Of a stretch of 55,177 nucleotides of DNA, positions 34,195 to 42,021 are shown piece after piece (positions within the stretch are counted from its first letter, which is position 1; each line of letters begins with the position of its first letter). Source of the DNA: a virus; IMG/VR virus record IMGVR_UViG_3300043331_000267, positions 1 through 55,177 of that record. One strand, written 5' to 3'. The translations under genes and the position numbers were made by a program. Below the pieces are notes generated by a model that was not told where the DNA came from, made no database searches, and worked only from the letters and a program-made list of their open reading frames with translations.

Positions 34195-35879
34195 GCTGCG
34201 ACCCTCGCCGCTTCCTTCGCCTTGCCCTTGGCGTAACGGATCATTTGCGACTTCAACCAGCCGGCAGTCTCGACGCTCGTCGGACGCAACTGCAGATCCC
34301 AGAACCTACGCGGGATAGCCTCATCCTCGGGACGCTTGAACTTCGTGCGCGTCTGTGACCATGCCCAGTACCGGCCCGAGTTAGGTTTCTCCTGCCAACG
34401 ATCCGGCCAACGATTGGCGTACCACTGGCACGCCTCGCGGAAAAACCTCTCCATCGCCTCCCGATCGAACGGCGCCTCTTTCGACTCCACAAGTTGCGCA
34501 TCGACCACCTGCACAGGCTTTGCGATAGGCGTCGGATGCCAACCACAGTTCGGACAGTTCGCACCTTCCTCGGTGATCAGCCACGAGCATTTACACTCCT
34601 TGCAGGTCCGCGGTTTTTCTTCGGCCGACTGGCGCTCCATGCGCTCGCGGGCTTCGGCGTTGACGTTGGATGCGCTGTCCAGCGACCAATCGCGGTCGTA
34701 CAGCGGGCGGCCCAGGCTATCGATCACACGGCCATGATCGATCAACGTGAAATATTCCTTGCCTGGCGCCGGCCTCATCCCCCGGCCAATCGACTGCAGG
34801 TACATCACCACCGAGCGCGTCGGACGGGCCAGCACCACGCAGTCGACCAGTGGGATATCGATCCCGTAGGACAGCAAGAAGCAGTTGATGACGACGGTCG
34901 TGGCGCCGGCCTCGAGCCGCGCAATCACTTCCTCGCGCGTGTCGTCGTCATCGTCGTCCGTCAGCTGCTCGGCCGCGATGCCGGCCTGTCGGAACTTCAG
35001 CAGCAGTTCGGCGCCATGGGCCTTGTCGCATGCAAACACCAGCGTGCGCTGCCCGTTCGCGATGGCCAGCCAGTTTTCCACCACGTCACCGATCAGCTTC
35101 GGCCGGCTCATCAGCGATGACAACTTGCCAGTTTTGTAGTCGCCGGTCTTGCCATCGGTCCCGACCGATTTCAGGTCCTTCGCGCTCACGATCGGCGTGT
35201 TAAAAATTCGCGGCCGAACCAACGTACCGGCCGCGACAAGATCGGCCGCAGAAGGGCCGAGGATCAGCGCATCGAACTGGTCCCGAAGGCTGGCGCCGCT
35301 GGTCTTGGCCGGCGTCGCGGTAAACCCAAACTGCCACGCATTCGGGTAGCGATTTAGAATCGCTTGGCGACTCGCACCGAGCGCCAAATGCGCCTCATCG
35401 AACACCACCACGTCGGCAAACGGCAACGGCATCTTGCTGCTCGCCACACACCGGCGGTACAGCGTATCCACGCTCGCTACCTGCACCAGCTGCGTCCAAG
35501 CCGTAAGCCCCGGCAGCGATGCAGCGATCACGCCATGGCGAATGCCGATCGAGTCGAGCCGGTCGTGAATCTGCCGCACCAGCCGCGTGCGCGTTGCCAG
35601 CACCAGCACACGCAGCCCTGCAGCCACAGCAGCAGCAATCAACACCGCGAACACCGTGGTCTTGCCGCTGCCCGTCGGGGCCTGCACGCAGATCCGGCGA
35701 TGGGTGCGCAGAGTGACGGCGATCCGGGCCAGCAGATCGGTCTGGTAATCCCTCAGTCGAACCTCCCCGGTCGACGGCAAAACGTCCAACCAGCCGTTTG
35801 AAATTTCGCGCGCGTCCGGACTAAGAGGCTGATCAGGAGGGAGGTCTAATCCAGACTGATACGGCGTGTTCAGACTCAT
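34191..35879 (-). CDS. SF2 DEAD/DEAH-box replicative helicase with C-terminal zinc finger
   Basis: 562 aa. VQAPTGSGKT, VVFDEAH, FGFTATP, QSIGRGMR, and C-terminal CKECKC...CPNCG. Confidence 0.85.
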   Translation of the reverse strand: MSLNTPYQSGLDLPPDQPLSPDAREISNGWLDVLPSTGEVRLRDYQTDLLARIAVTLRTHRRICVQAPTGSGKTTVFAVLIAAAVAAGLRVLVLATRTRLVRQIHDRLDSIGIRHGVIAASLPGLTAWTQLVQVASVDTLYRRCVASSKMPLPFADVVVFDEAHLALGASRQAILNRYPNAWQFGFTATPAKTSGASLRDQFDALILGPSAADLVAAGTLVRPRIFNTPIVSAKDLKSVGTDGKTGDYKTGKLSSLMSRPKLIGDVVENWLAIANGQRTLVFACDKAHGAELLLKFRQAGIAAEQLTDDDDDDTREEVIARLEAGATTVVINCFLLSYGIDIPLVDCVVLARPTRSVVMYLQSIGRGMRPAPGKEYFTLIDHGRVIDSLGRPLYDRDWSLDSASNVNAEARERMERQSAEEKPRTCKECKCSWLITEEGANCPNCGWHPTPIAKPVQVVDAQLVESKEAPFDREAMERFFREACQWYANRWPDRWQEKPNSGRYWAWSQTRTKFKRPEDEAIPRRFWDLQLRPTSVETAGWLKSQMIRYAKGKAKEAARVAA

Positions 35880-36382
35880 ACCTTCCCTCCTGAATAGCCT
35901 CTTAGGGATGGTATGGATTGGATGGTTGAAATTTGCTTACCCGTTTGGTTGACCTGCGGTTCACCGTCGGTTGAGCTATTGCTTGAGCTATTGCTTGCCG
36001 TTTGCTGCTCATTTGCTTGAACCTTTGCTTGAACCTTTGCTTGAGCTTTTGCTTGAGCGCTTGCTTTGCCGCCGCGACTGCCGATCTCGGCTCTGGTGGC
36101 AGCCAATTGGCGAGACTTTTCGCGATGCTCTTCGAGACGAAGATTCACCCAGCCGTCACTGGTCAGGCGGAACTTCTTCTGGACCGTCTCCCAGAGCTTG
36201 CGGAACTGCTTCTCATCATAGCGAACAGCGTCTGCGATCTCGGTCAGGTCCTTGGGTAACGGCCCGCTCGCCCATTGATGCATGAGTAGCAGTCCATACA
36301 GGGCTTGCGCCTCGCCCCTCCAGCGCATCGTGCCGCCGAAGAAGTCATCTACAAACATTGGCATGAAGGGGAGCTTTGTCAT
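35876..36382 (-). CDS. DUF1376 (YdaU-like) replication-associated protein
   Basis: 168 aa. MPMFVDDFFGGTMRWRGEAQALYGLLLMHQW...NLRLEEH matches the DUF1376 pattern. Carries the internal repeat array. Confidence 0.7.
   Translation of the reverse strand: MTKLPFMPMFVDDFFGGTMRWRGEAQALYGLLLMHQWASGPLPKDLTEIADAVRYDEKQFRKLWETVQKKFRLTSDGWVNLRLEEHREKSRQLAATRAEIGSRGGKASAQAKAQAKVQAKVQANEQQTASNSSSNSSTDGEPQVNQTGKQISTIQSIPSLRGYSGGKV
35971..36064. repeat. Eight tandem ~12-bp units (TTGAnCnnTTGC) - candidate origin iterons inside the DUF1376 gene
   Basis: Read directly: ttgagctattgc x2, ttgccgtttgc, tgctcatttgc, ttgaacctttgc x2, ttgagcttttgc, ttgagcgcttgc. Encodes AQAKAQAKVQAKVQA... Confidence 0.5.
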
Positions 36383-36576
36383 TTGCTGGCCAAGTACTCA
36401 TCGAGCGTCATTCCGTTGTGAACTCTCATCGCGTCGATCGTCTCGTCATGGCGGTCCCTGACGCGATTCAATTCATCCCAAACGGAATCAGCGACATCGC
36501 CGATGTGAGTCCATGTGTCGCCGTGCGAACAACGAGACGTGAGCACTTGCTGCTCCTGAGTCGTTTCGCAACTCAT
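36379..36576 (-). CDS. Hypothetical protein (65 aa)
   Basis: ATG 36576 with SD GGAG. ATGA-coupled to the DUF1376 gene. Confidence 0.5.
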   Translation of the reverse strand: MSCETTQEQQVLTSRCSHGDTWTHIGDVADSVWDELNRVRDRHDETIDAMRVHNGMTLDEYLASK

Positions 36577-36584
36577 GCTCCACT

Positions 36585-36617
36585 CCCAAAAAGAGAAGGC
36601 GCGACCGAAGCCGCGCC
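36585..36617 (-). terminator. Intrinsic terminator upstream of the replication genes (tR1-like)
   Basis: On the minus strand: GGCGCG-gcttcggt-CGCGCC followed by TTCTCTTTTTGGG. Confidence 0.6.
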
Positions 36618-36871
36618 GAGTTGGGGGATCAACGAGGAAACAAATCGACGCGCCACACAACGAACATTCGGCGCGAACCGTGAACTGCGTGGCGAAATAT
36701 ATCGGGGTAAATTTCGAGCCTGAGCGAATCCCTTAAGCCGTTGACCTGTCATCGCCGACAGCAGCGTAGACCGTGCGTAGAAGCCGCTAGTGGGAAACTC
36801 TTGCAGGGACGTTACGGCGGTATTACAACGTTGATCCACGTTAGTCAGCACGGATGAGCGGGCGGACGAAC

Positions 36872-37309
36872 TCATACAGTGCCCCGCGCTTCCACCAGCA
36901 ACTGGATGGTTCTCTTATGGGCGGCTATTTCCTTCTCTTTTTCCTCAAGCTGCCGCTCAAGATCGGAACGATGCTTGCGCATGGACAGGAAATCGTAACC
37001 CCGCTTCTCGGCAAGCCAGATCAGCGGATACTCGCTACCGACGACATCCATGAATTGAACGAATCGATGATCCGCTGGAGGGCTCGCATTGTTCTTAGCG
37101 ATCTTTCCCCAGTGCGATTGATCGATCTTCAATGGCCCGTAGATTTCTTTGTCCTGCAACCCCGAGTCAGCGCAGGCCATGTTCCACGCGTCCAGAAGCG
37201 TAGGCTTTCGCGCGATCGAGCGGATGAGCTGTGGCGTCACTTCCTCTACGTGCGGCTCACGTCCCCGCCCGCCTAGCAAATCCAACTGTTTCCTATCTTT
37301 GGAATCCAT
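36872..37309 (-). CDS. Early regulatory/DNA-binding-like protein (CII position), 145 aa
   Basis: ATG 37309 (MDSKDRKQLD). C-terminal coiled coil. Second gene of the leftward early operon. The function is inferred from position only. Confidence 0.5.
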   Translation of the reverse strand: MDSKDRKQLDLLGGRGREPHVEEVTPQLIRSIARKPTLLDAWNMACADSGLQDKEIYGPLKIDQSHWGKIAKNNASPPADHRFVQFMDVVGSEYPLIWLAEKRGYDFLSMRKHRSDLERQLEEKEKEIAAHKRTIQLLVEARGTV

Positions 37310-37370
37310 TTGTATATGCTGGTTATGGGCAAATAAAAATGTGAGGGCGATGATGACTGCGAGGAAACAC

Positions 37371-37387
37371 AACCCTCAGCGAGGGTT
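37371..37387 (-). terminator. Hairpin overlapping the cro-like stop (weak terminator/attenuator candidate)
   Basis: AACCCTC-gct-GAGGGTT, then GTGTTTCC. The U-tract is poor. Confidence 0.3.
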
Positions 37388-37601
37388 AGGCTGCACGACC
37401 GGGACGAACGCGCTTCTTGTGAAGGCGCACCAGAGCACTACCAATGTCAAAGCGAGTCCGCTTAATGAGTCCGTTCTTGATTCGGTTGATCGTGGGCAAG
37501 GACACCTCGACACCCTCGGCGTTGAGCGTGGTGACTATCTGGCTTTCATTCACGCCAGAGCCAATCAATTCCTGAATCACGGAAGCGAGATCTGTGGGCA
37601 T
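37386..37601 (-). CDS. Cro-like small HTH repressor (71 aa)
   Basis: ATG 37601. HTH ESQIVTTLNAEGVEVSLPTINRIKNG. Divergent from the repressor-like gene. Confidence 0.65.
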   Translation of the reverse strand: MPTDLASVIQELIGSGVNESQIVTTLNAEGVEVSLPTINRIKNGLIKRTRFDIGSALVRLHKKRVRPGRAA

Positions 37602-37644
37602 AAGCGCCAACTTATTACATCGACGCAAGGAGTGCAATACATCC
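37602..37644. promoter_or_regulatory. Divergent switch region with three CTTGCA(C/T/G)-type half-sites
   Basis: Read on the minus strand: CTTGCAT, ATTGCAC and CTTGCGT within about 30 bp. On the plus strand TGCAAT is a possible -10 just upstream of ATG 37645. Confidence 0.45.
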
Positions 37645-38139
37645 ATGCAAGATTGGTTGTCCGCGCTTCCGGACCCGACCACCATTTCGGCGATGGCCAA
37701 GCAACCACGATCCTTCAAAGACCTGATAGAGGCCGCCGCACAGCCTTACAAGGAGCTGTGGCGGAACGACGGCCGGCTGAACCTCGGGGCAGTATCTCGA
37801 CACTACAAGGCGAAAGGCCACCCCATCTCAGAAGCCACTCTGTCTCGTATTTTGAGAGGGCTCCAGGAGGTCGGGCCGGATACTGTCGATGCGACTCACC
37901 ATACCTTCGGGCTACCGAAGCCCCTTCTGCGAGGTGAGCCCATGTCATCGGACGCAGAAAAGGCATTAACTGACTACAAACTGTCCACCATCCTGCTTGC
38001 CCAGCGCCTGGAGAGCCTGCCAAAAGAGGATTACTACGCGATATCGGAGCAGATCGATCGCGCTCTAGAGCACAAGAGGCGGCTCGAAGAAGCCTACCGG
38101 ACTGGCAACGTCACATCGATTGAACGTGCAAAGCGGTAA
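37645..38139 (+). CDS. CI-position repressor-like HTH protein (164 aa; alternative start 37693)
   Basis: HTH LGAVSRHYKAKGHPISEATLSRILRG. No S24 peptidase domain is seen. GC3 is coding-like from 37645. Confidence 0.6.
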   Translation: MQDWLSALPDPTTISAMAKQPRSFKDLIEAAAQPYKELWRNDGRLNLGAVSRHYKAKGHPISEATLSRILRGLQEVGPDTVDATHHTFGLPKPLLRGEPMSSDAEKALTDYKLSTILLAQRLESLPKEDYYAISEQIDRALEHKRRLEEAYRTGNVTSIERAKR

Positions 38140-38229
38140 TTAGCCTACCGCTCCCACCCCTCCACCCCCTGCGTCCTGCCCACGGAATCGCTCCGTGCGC
38201 ACGTTCGCATAAAATCTTGCATTGACGTA

Positions 38230-38258
38230 TTGACATCCTTGCACGCGTGCAAGATGAT
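38230..38258 (+). promoter_or_regulatory. Moron promoter with an embedded perfect 16-bp palindrome (operator)
   Basis: TTGACA at 38230-38235 and GATGAT at 38253-38258 (17-nt spacer). The palindrome CTTGCACGCGTGCAAG at 38238-38253 fills the spacer. Confidence 0.5.
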
Positions 38259-38305
38259 GGGCCCACGGTAAACGAACGAGCGCCAGGCGCTCACCCGGGG
38301 AAGCA

Positions 38306-38596
38306 GTGAAACGCATCATCGCCATCTCAGCTCTCGCGCTCACCGGCTGCGGACTCGCGCCGACGAGCGTGAGCCTGGAGCACCAACACCTGAGCCACCC
38401 GCTGCTTGGGCCGCCGTTCGGCCCGAGCAACCAGGAGGATACGTTGGATGTCCTTGGCGTCCGCACTCGCTGGGCCCGCGGTCCCTACTACGTCGAAGCC
38501 GGCCTCGGCCAGCAGATGAAGGACAGCGGCTTCTACGGCGACGGAATCATTTTCACCTCGCGCGTCGGCGTCGAGCTCTGGAGCAAGCAGCGATGA
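38306..38596 (+). CDS. Lipoprotein (moron; superinfection-exclusion candidate)
   Basis: GTG start. MKRIIAISALALTGC contains lipobox LTGC. 96 aa. Confidence 0.7.
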   Translation: MKRIIAISALALTGCGLAPTSVSLEHQHLSHPLLGPPFGPSNQEDTLDVLGVRTRWARGPYYVEAGLGQQMKDSGFYGDGIIFTSRVGVELWSKQR

Positions 38597-38784
38597 GCAA
38601 ATCCGTCGTGATCAAGGTGGTACTCACCAGTGCCGAGGCGATGGCCTTCGCGCAGTTCCTGAAGCGCTCCACCTATAACGACTATCGGTCGAACTCGATC
38701 GATGATGCTGAGGCGTATCACATGATCGCCGCAGGTGGACAGATTCGTAAAGCGCTGGCCGAGTCCGGCTACGCGCCCCGCTAA
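38593..38784 (+). CDS. Hypothetical protein (63 aa)
   Basis: ATGA-coupled to the lipoprotein gene. Confidence 0.55.
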   Translation: MSKSVVIKVVLTSAEAMAFAQFLKRSTYNDYRSNSIDDAEAYHMIAAGGQIRKALAESGYAPR

Positions 38785-38792
38785 CAGATCGA

Positions 38793-38803
38793 GACCTGAG
38801 TAG
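38793..38803 (+). promoter_or_regulatory. GACCTGAGTAG box, copy 1 (5 nt before ATG 38809)
   Basis: Exact 11-mer shared with 40630-40640 and 51487-51497, each followed by (G)AAACA and a start codon. Confidence 0.5.
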
Positions 38804-38808
38804 CAAAC

Positions 38809-39546
38809 ATGAGAGTAAGTAACGAAATCCTTTCCGTGCTGAGTGCCGCCGAACTGAGCGGCAATTCCCTGGTGCTGCAGGGCCAGCTTGATCGCAACAC
38901 TTACGTGGCAGTCAACAAGGTGCTGGAGGCCGCCGGCTGGAAGTGGAACCGCAAGGCCAAAGCACATACGTGCGACGGCGAAGCCGTGGATGTGCTGGAG
39001 CAGGTGCTGCTCACCGGCGAGGTGACGATCGCCAAGGATGAATTCGAGTTCTTTCCGACTCCAAGAGCGATCGTAGCCGAACTAATGGAACTGGCCGCAA
39101 TTCAGCCTGGAATGAAGGTACTGGAGCCGAGCGCCGGCAAGGGCGCAATCGCTTATGCCATTGCGGAGATCGCGAAGCCGGATTGCATCGAGCTCATGGA
39201 GGCGAACTACGCCGCCCTGGCCGGCGATATGAAGCTGGGCACTGTGACTCGCGGCGACTTCCTGACCGTCGAGCCGAGTGGCGACTACGACCGCGTCGTG
39301 ATGAATCCGCCCTTCTCCCGGCAGAAGGACATCAAGCACGTCATGCACGCCTTCAAGTTCCTGAAGCCTGGCGGACGCCTCGTTTCTGTGATGAGCAACG
39401 GCGTGACCTTCCGCGGTGATCGCCTCACGAACGAATTCCGCGCGCTGGTCGAGTCCGCCGATGGAGTGATCGACGAGCTGCCAGAGGGTGCGTTCAAAGA
39501 TTCCGGGACGATGGTCCGCACCGTCGTCGTGACGCTGAACGCATAG
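38809..39546 (+). CDS. Orphan N6-adenine DNA methyltransferase
   Basis: 245 aa. Motif I VLEPSAGKGAIA and motif IV NPPF. No cognate nuclease nearby. Confidence 0.75.
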   Translation: MRVSNEILSVLSAAELSGNSLVLQGQLDRNTYVAVNKVLEAAGWKWNRKAKAHTCDGEAVDVLEQVLLTGEVTIAKDEFEFFPTPRAIVAELMELAAIQPGMKVLEPSAGKGAIAYAIAEIAKPDCIELMEANYAALAGDMKLGTVTRGDFLTVEPSGDYDRVVMNPPFSRQKDIKHVMHAFKFLKPGGRLVSVMSNGVTFRGDRLTNEFRALVESADGVIDELPEGAFKDSGTMVRTVVVTLNA

Positions 39547-39571
39547 CCAAGGCTCAAATCAGGAGTTCGAC

Positions 39572-39856
39572 GTGGCTGAGAAACAAATCCTCGTACTGCC
39601 GAAGAATCACGGCTTAACGAATGCCGACCGGAACGCGCTTCGTGAGGCCGGCGTGATCGTCGTCACGGTACGCACGCCGCACGAGGCTCGACTGATGAGC
39701 GCTGAGCGCTTGCCAATCGATAGCAACGAGATGCTCCGGCAGCTCACGAGGACAATCGCCTCACTGGGCGGACTCAACTCGGAAGGATTCAAGGCGCATT
39801 GCTTCATGGCAATAGCTAAAGCAATCGAAGCAAACAACGCGGCGAGCAAGTCCTAG
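39572..39856 (+). CDS. Hypothetical protein (94 aa)
   Basis: GTG start preceded by AGGAG. Confidence 0.55.
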   Translation: MAEKQILVLPKNHGLTNADRNALREAGVIVVTVRTPHEARLMSAERLPIDSNEMLRQLTRTIASLGGLNSEGFKAHCFMAIAKAIEANNAASKS

Positions 39857-39870
39857 AGCGAGACCGAACG

Positions 39871-40227
39871 ATGCAACTTTCAAAACATCACGAAGAACTG
39901 AACGAGCAAGGCGAGGGCAAGTGCTCTGTGCCCATGTGGAGCATGGGAGGGCCGGCGGGTTTCTGCGATCAGCCTGCATATGGCGTTCGCCCGCCGTGCC
40001 GAGAGTACTTCAACATCTACACGCAGGACATGCGCCGTGAAGACGGTCGCTATTCCGGGTTTGTGCCCGCCCTCGCCTGCCCCGCTCATGGTGGCCCGAC
40101 CGTGCGCACATTCATGGATGGCAACGCTTGGTGCGCGGTAAAGCCAGACTTCATAAACCTGCAGGAGAGCCCCGCAGGCTTTGGTGACACCCGTGAAGCA
40201 GCCATCGCGGCGTTGCAGGCTGCCTAG
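39871..40227 (+). CDS. Hypothetical Cys-containing protein (118 aa)
   Basis: Intact ORF in operon orientation. Confidence 0.55.
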   Translation: MQLSKHHEELNEQGEGKCSVPMWSMGGPAGFCDQPAYGVRPPCREYFNIYTQDMRREDGRYSGFVPALACPAHGGPTVRTFMDGNAWCAVKPDFINLQESPAGFGDTREAAIAALQAA

Positions 40228-40255
40228 TCATCGCACCCTCAGAGAGCGAACGAAC

Positions 40256-40615
40256 ATGAAAGAAGACATTTGGTTTTGCAAGATTGGTGGCATTGGCTGC
40301 GATCTTCCTGGCGGAGCCGACGCGCCGATGCGGAATGCAATCGCCGACGCCTTCCGTGAAGTCACAGGTGTTGAGGCGCAGTTCATCTTCAGTGGCTGGG
40401 GGCAGGAACTGACGGAATCGGAGCGCGCCGTTGTCGAGAACCGCGCGCCGAGCGCCGAGCACTACGCCAAGCTCAAGCTGGAAGCCGCCGCGCCGGAGCT
40501 GCTGGAGGCGGCGCGAGCCGTAGTGAAAGAGAACTTTGGCGGGCCGAGCGGAAGAATGGCAAAGGCTAAAGCATGGGATGCGCTCGAAGCTGCCATCGCT
40601 AAGGCCACCCAGTAG
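40256..40615 (+). CDS. Hypothetical protein (119 aa)
   Basis: ATG 40256 (MKEDIWFCKIGG). The track extension back to 40181 overlaps the previous gene. Confidence 0.55.
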   Translation: MKEDIWFCKIGGIGCDLPGGADAPMRNAIADAFREVTGVEAQFIFSGWGQELTESERAVVENRAPSAEHYAKLKLEAAAPELLEAARAVVKENFGGPSGRMAKAKAWDALEAAIAKATQ

Positions 40616-40629
40616 CACTCTCACGAACG

Positions 40630-40640
40630 GACCTGAGTAG
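40630..40640 (+). promoter_or_regulatory. GACCTGAGTAG box, copy 2 (9 nt before ATG 40650)
   Basis: Exact repeat of the 11-mer. Confidence 0.5.
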
Positions 40641-40649
40641 GAAACAGAT

Positions 40650-40940
40650 ATGAAAATCGCGCTATACAAGAACACGACTTACGCGCACTCCGGCGAGTTT
40701 CCATCGACCGTCTCTTACAACGAAGACGGCCAAGAATCCGACCATGGAGAGTATGCGCGGGTATCCGGCGTCATTGATGTGACGTTCCCGCCGCTGACTG
40801 ACGAGGCGGCGATCAAGTTGCAACTTGAGGCGCTGGACAAGACAGAGCGGACAATCCGCTTAGAGTTCCAGCAGAAATTGGACGCGATCATGAATCGACG
40901 ATCCGAGTTGCAGGCGCTGACATTCACGCCAGCCGCATAG
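40650..40940 (+). CDS. Hypothetical protein (96 aa)
   Basis: Intact ORF preceded by the conserved box. Confidence 0.55.
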   Translation: MKIALYKNTTYAHSGEFPSTVSYNEDGQESDHGEYARVSGVIDVTFPPLTDEAAIKLQLEALDKTERTIRLEFQQKLDAIMNRRSELQALTFTPAA

Positions 40941-40958
40941 TCAAGGTTGGAGAAAAAC

Positions 40959-41114
40959 GTGAGACATCGCCGCATACCCGCTCGCTATCGAACCTTCGGC
41001 CGGTTCATGCGGCATGTCCTGCGCGTGAACAACTACCGGTTCGATCACAAAGAGGCGGAGCGCATAGCGCGCTTGTCGTACTGGCGCTGCATTGGCCAGC
41101 CGTGGCTTGGGTGA
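40959..41114 (+). CDS. Basic 51-aa protein (below the track cutoff)
   Basis: GGAG followed by GTG 40959. Translates to VRHRRIPARYRTFGRF... with TGA at 41112-41114. Confidence 0.35.
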   Translation: MRHRRIPARYRTFGRFMRHVLRVNNYRFDHKEAERIARLSYWRCIGQPWLG

Positions 41115-41118
41115 ATGT

Positions 41119-41418
41119 ATGGACATCGAGGTTAGAGCTGATTTCCGGAACCGAGGCTTCTGCCTGTTCGTGAACGGCGAAGCAATCGGCAACGTGTTCA
41201 CAAGTTACAAGCTGCTCGCGATTACCCGCGACTGGCTGCTGTCGGAGGTTGAGCACATGAAGATGTATCCCGACCAGATGGACAACCGCAGCCCGCAGTG
41301 GCTGGAGTTCCTGGCGAGCATGGAAAGCGGCTGGCTGGATCGCGAGCCGCACCAGATCGTCGGCCGCGACTTCGCGAGCGGCGTGGCCGATGAGCCGAAG
41401 CTGGAGGATGTCGCGTGA
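41119..41418 (+). CDS. Hypothetical protein (99 aa)
   Basis: ATG 41119 (MDIEVRADF). Confidence 0.55.
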   Translation: MDIEVRADFRNRGFCLFVNGEAIGNVFTSYKLLAITRDWLLSEVEHMKMYPDQMDNRSPQWLEFLASMESGWLDREPHQIVGRDFASGVADEPKLEDVA

Positions 41419-41750
41419 ACGCCGTTGCACATCCGAAGTGGGCCCGTCTGCGCGCTGAGCTCGTCAGTGACGTGAAGCACGGGGCGCCCATCGAGTACAT
41501 CGAGCTAAACCCCGATGAGGCCCTGCGCTGGATCGCTCAGGAAGACCAGGTCGACATCGTCGAAGTGTTAGTGGACACGGTCACCGGCCTGGACGACAAG
41601 CAGAACGAGAAGCTCGAGGCGCTGCTGTCGGAGCTGATGATGGATGTCACCGCGGACCGCCTGATCGCTTTCCGTGACTTCGTGCGCAAGGTCATATGCG
41701 AGCGCTGCAGTCAACGCGCTCGGGATGCGGTGGAGGAAGACCTGTCATGA
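41415..41750 (+). CDS. Hypothetical acidic protein (111 aa)
   Basis: GTGA overlap start. Confidence 0.55.
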   Translation: MNAVAHPKWARLRAELVSDVKHGAPIEYIELNPDEALRWIAQEDQVDIVEVLVDTVTGLDDKQNEKLEALLSELMMDVTADRLIAFRDFVRKVICERCSQRARDAVEEDLS

Positions 41751-41839
41751 GCACAGCCGCGAAGATCGGAGTTGCTCTCATCGCCGCGGCCTTTGCGCTG
41801 TGGCTCGGATTCCAACTTGCTGAGTGGTACGTGTCATGA
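41747..41839 (+). CDS. 30-aa hydrophobic peptide (below the track cutoff)
   Basis: ATGA overlaps at both ends. Translates to MSTAAKIGVALIAAAFALWLGFQLAEWYVS. Confidence 0.4.
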   Translation: MSTAAKIGVALIAAAFALWLGFQLAEWYVS

Positions 41840-42012
41840 ACCCGACGATCATTCGATTCCCAACAGCGGCGAAGCTGGGCGAGCCCGTCGGCGTACCGAT
41901 GGCAAAGCCGGCTTCACTAGGTACGCGCTTGAAGCGCTGGCTGTTCGGCCCGCAGCGCAAGCGCACCTGGAACAGCGTGCTGTTCGACCATGCGCGACGA
42001 AGCAGAATTTAG
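41836..42012 (+). CDS. Basic 58-aa protein
   Basis: ATG 41836 inside track ORF 41824..42012. Confidence 0.45.
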   Translation: MNPTIIRFPTAAKLGEPVGVPMAKPASLGTRLKRWLFGPQRKRTWNSVLFDHARRSRI

Positions 42013-42021
42013 GAGAACGCA

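Noticed and set aside
33385-35120. Plus-strand ORFs 33385..34236 and 34494..35120 opposite the primase and helicase
   Set aside because: Same shadow pattern as above. The primase and helicase motifs are unambiguous on the minus strand.
35971-36064. CRISPR-like array
   Set aside because: The units are 12 bp, contiguous with no spacers, and in frame inside a coding gene. This is a tandem repeat or iteron array, not CRISPR.
36573-36875. 100-aa minus-strand ORF in the early-left gap
   Set aside because: It has odd composition and poor third-position GC. It also spans a terminator hairpin. The region is treated as untranslated.
38140-38466. 108-aa minus-strand ORF opposite the moron promoter and lipoprotein start
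   Set aside because: It is Gly/Arg/Pro-rich, antisense to a lipoprotein gene that has a clear lipobox, and has no start context.
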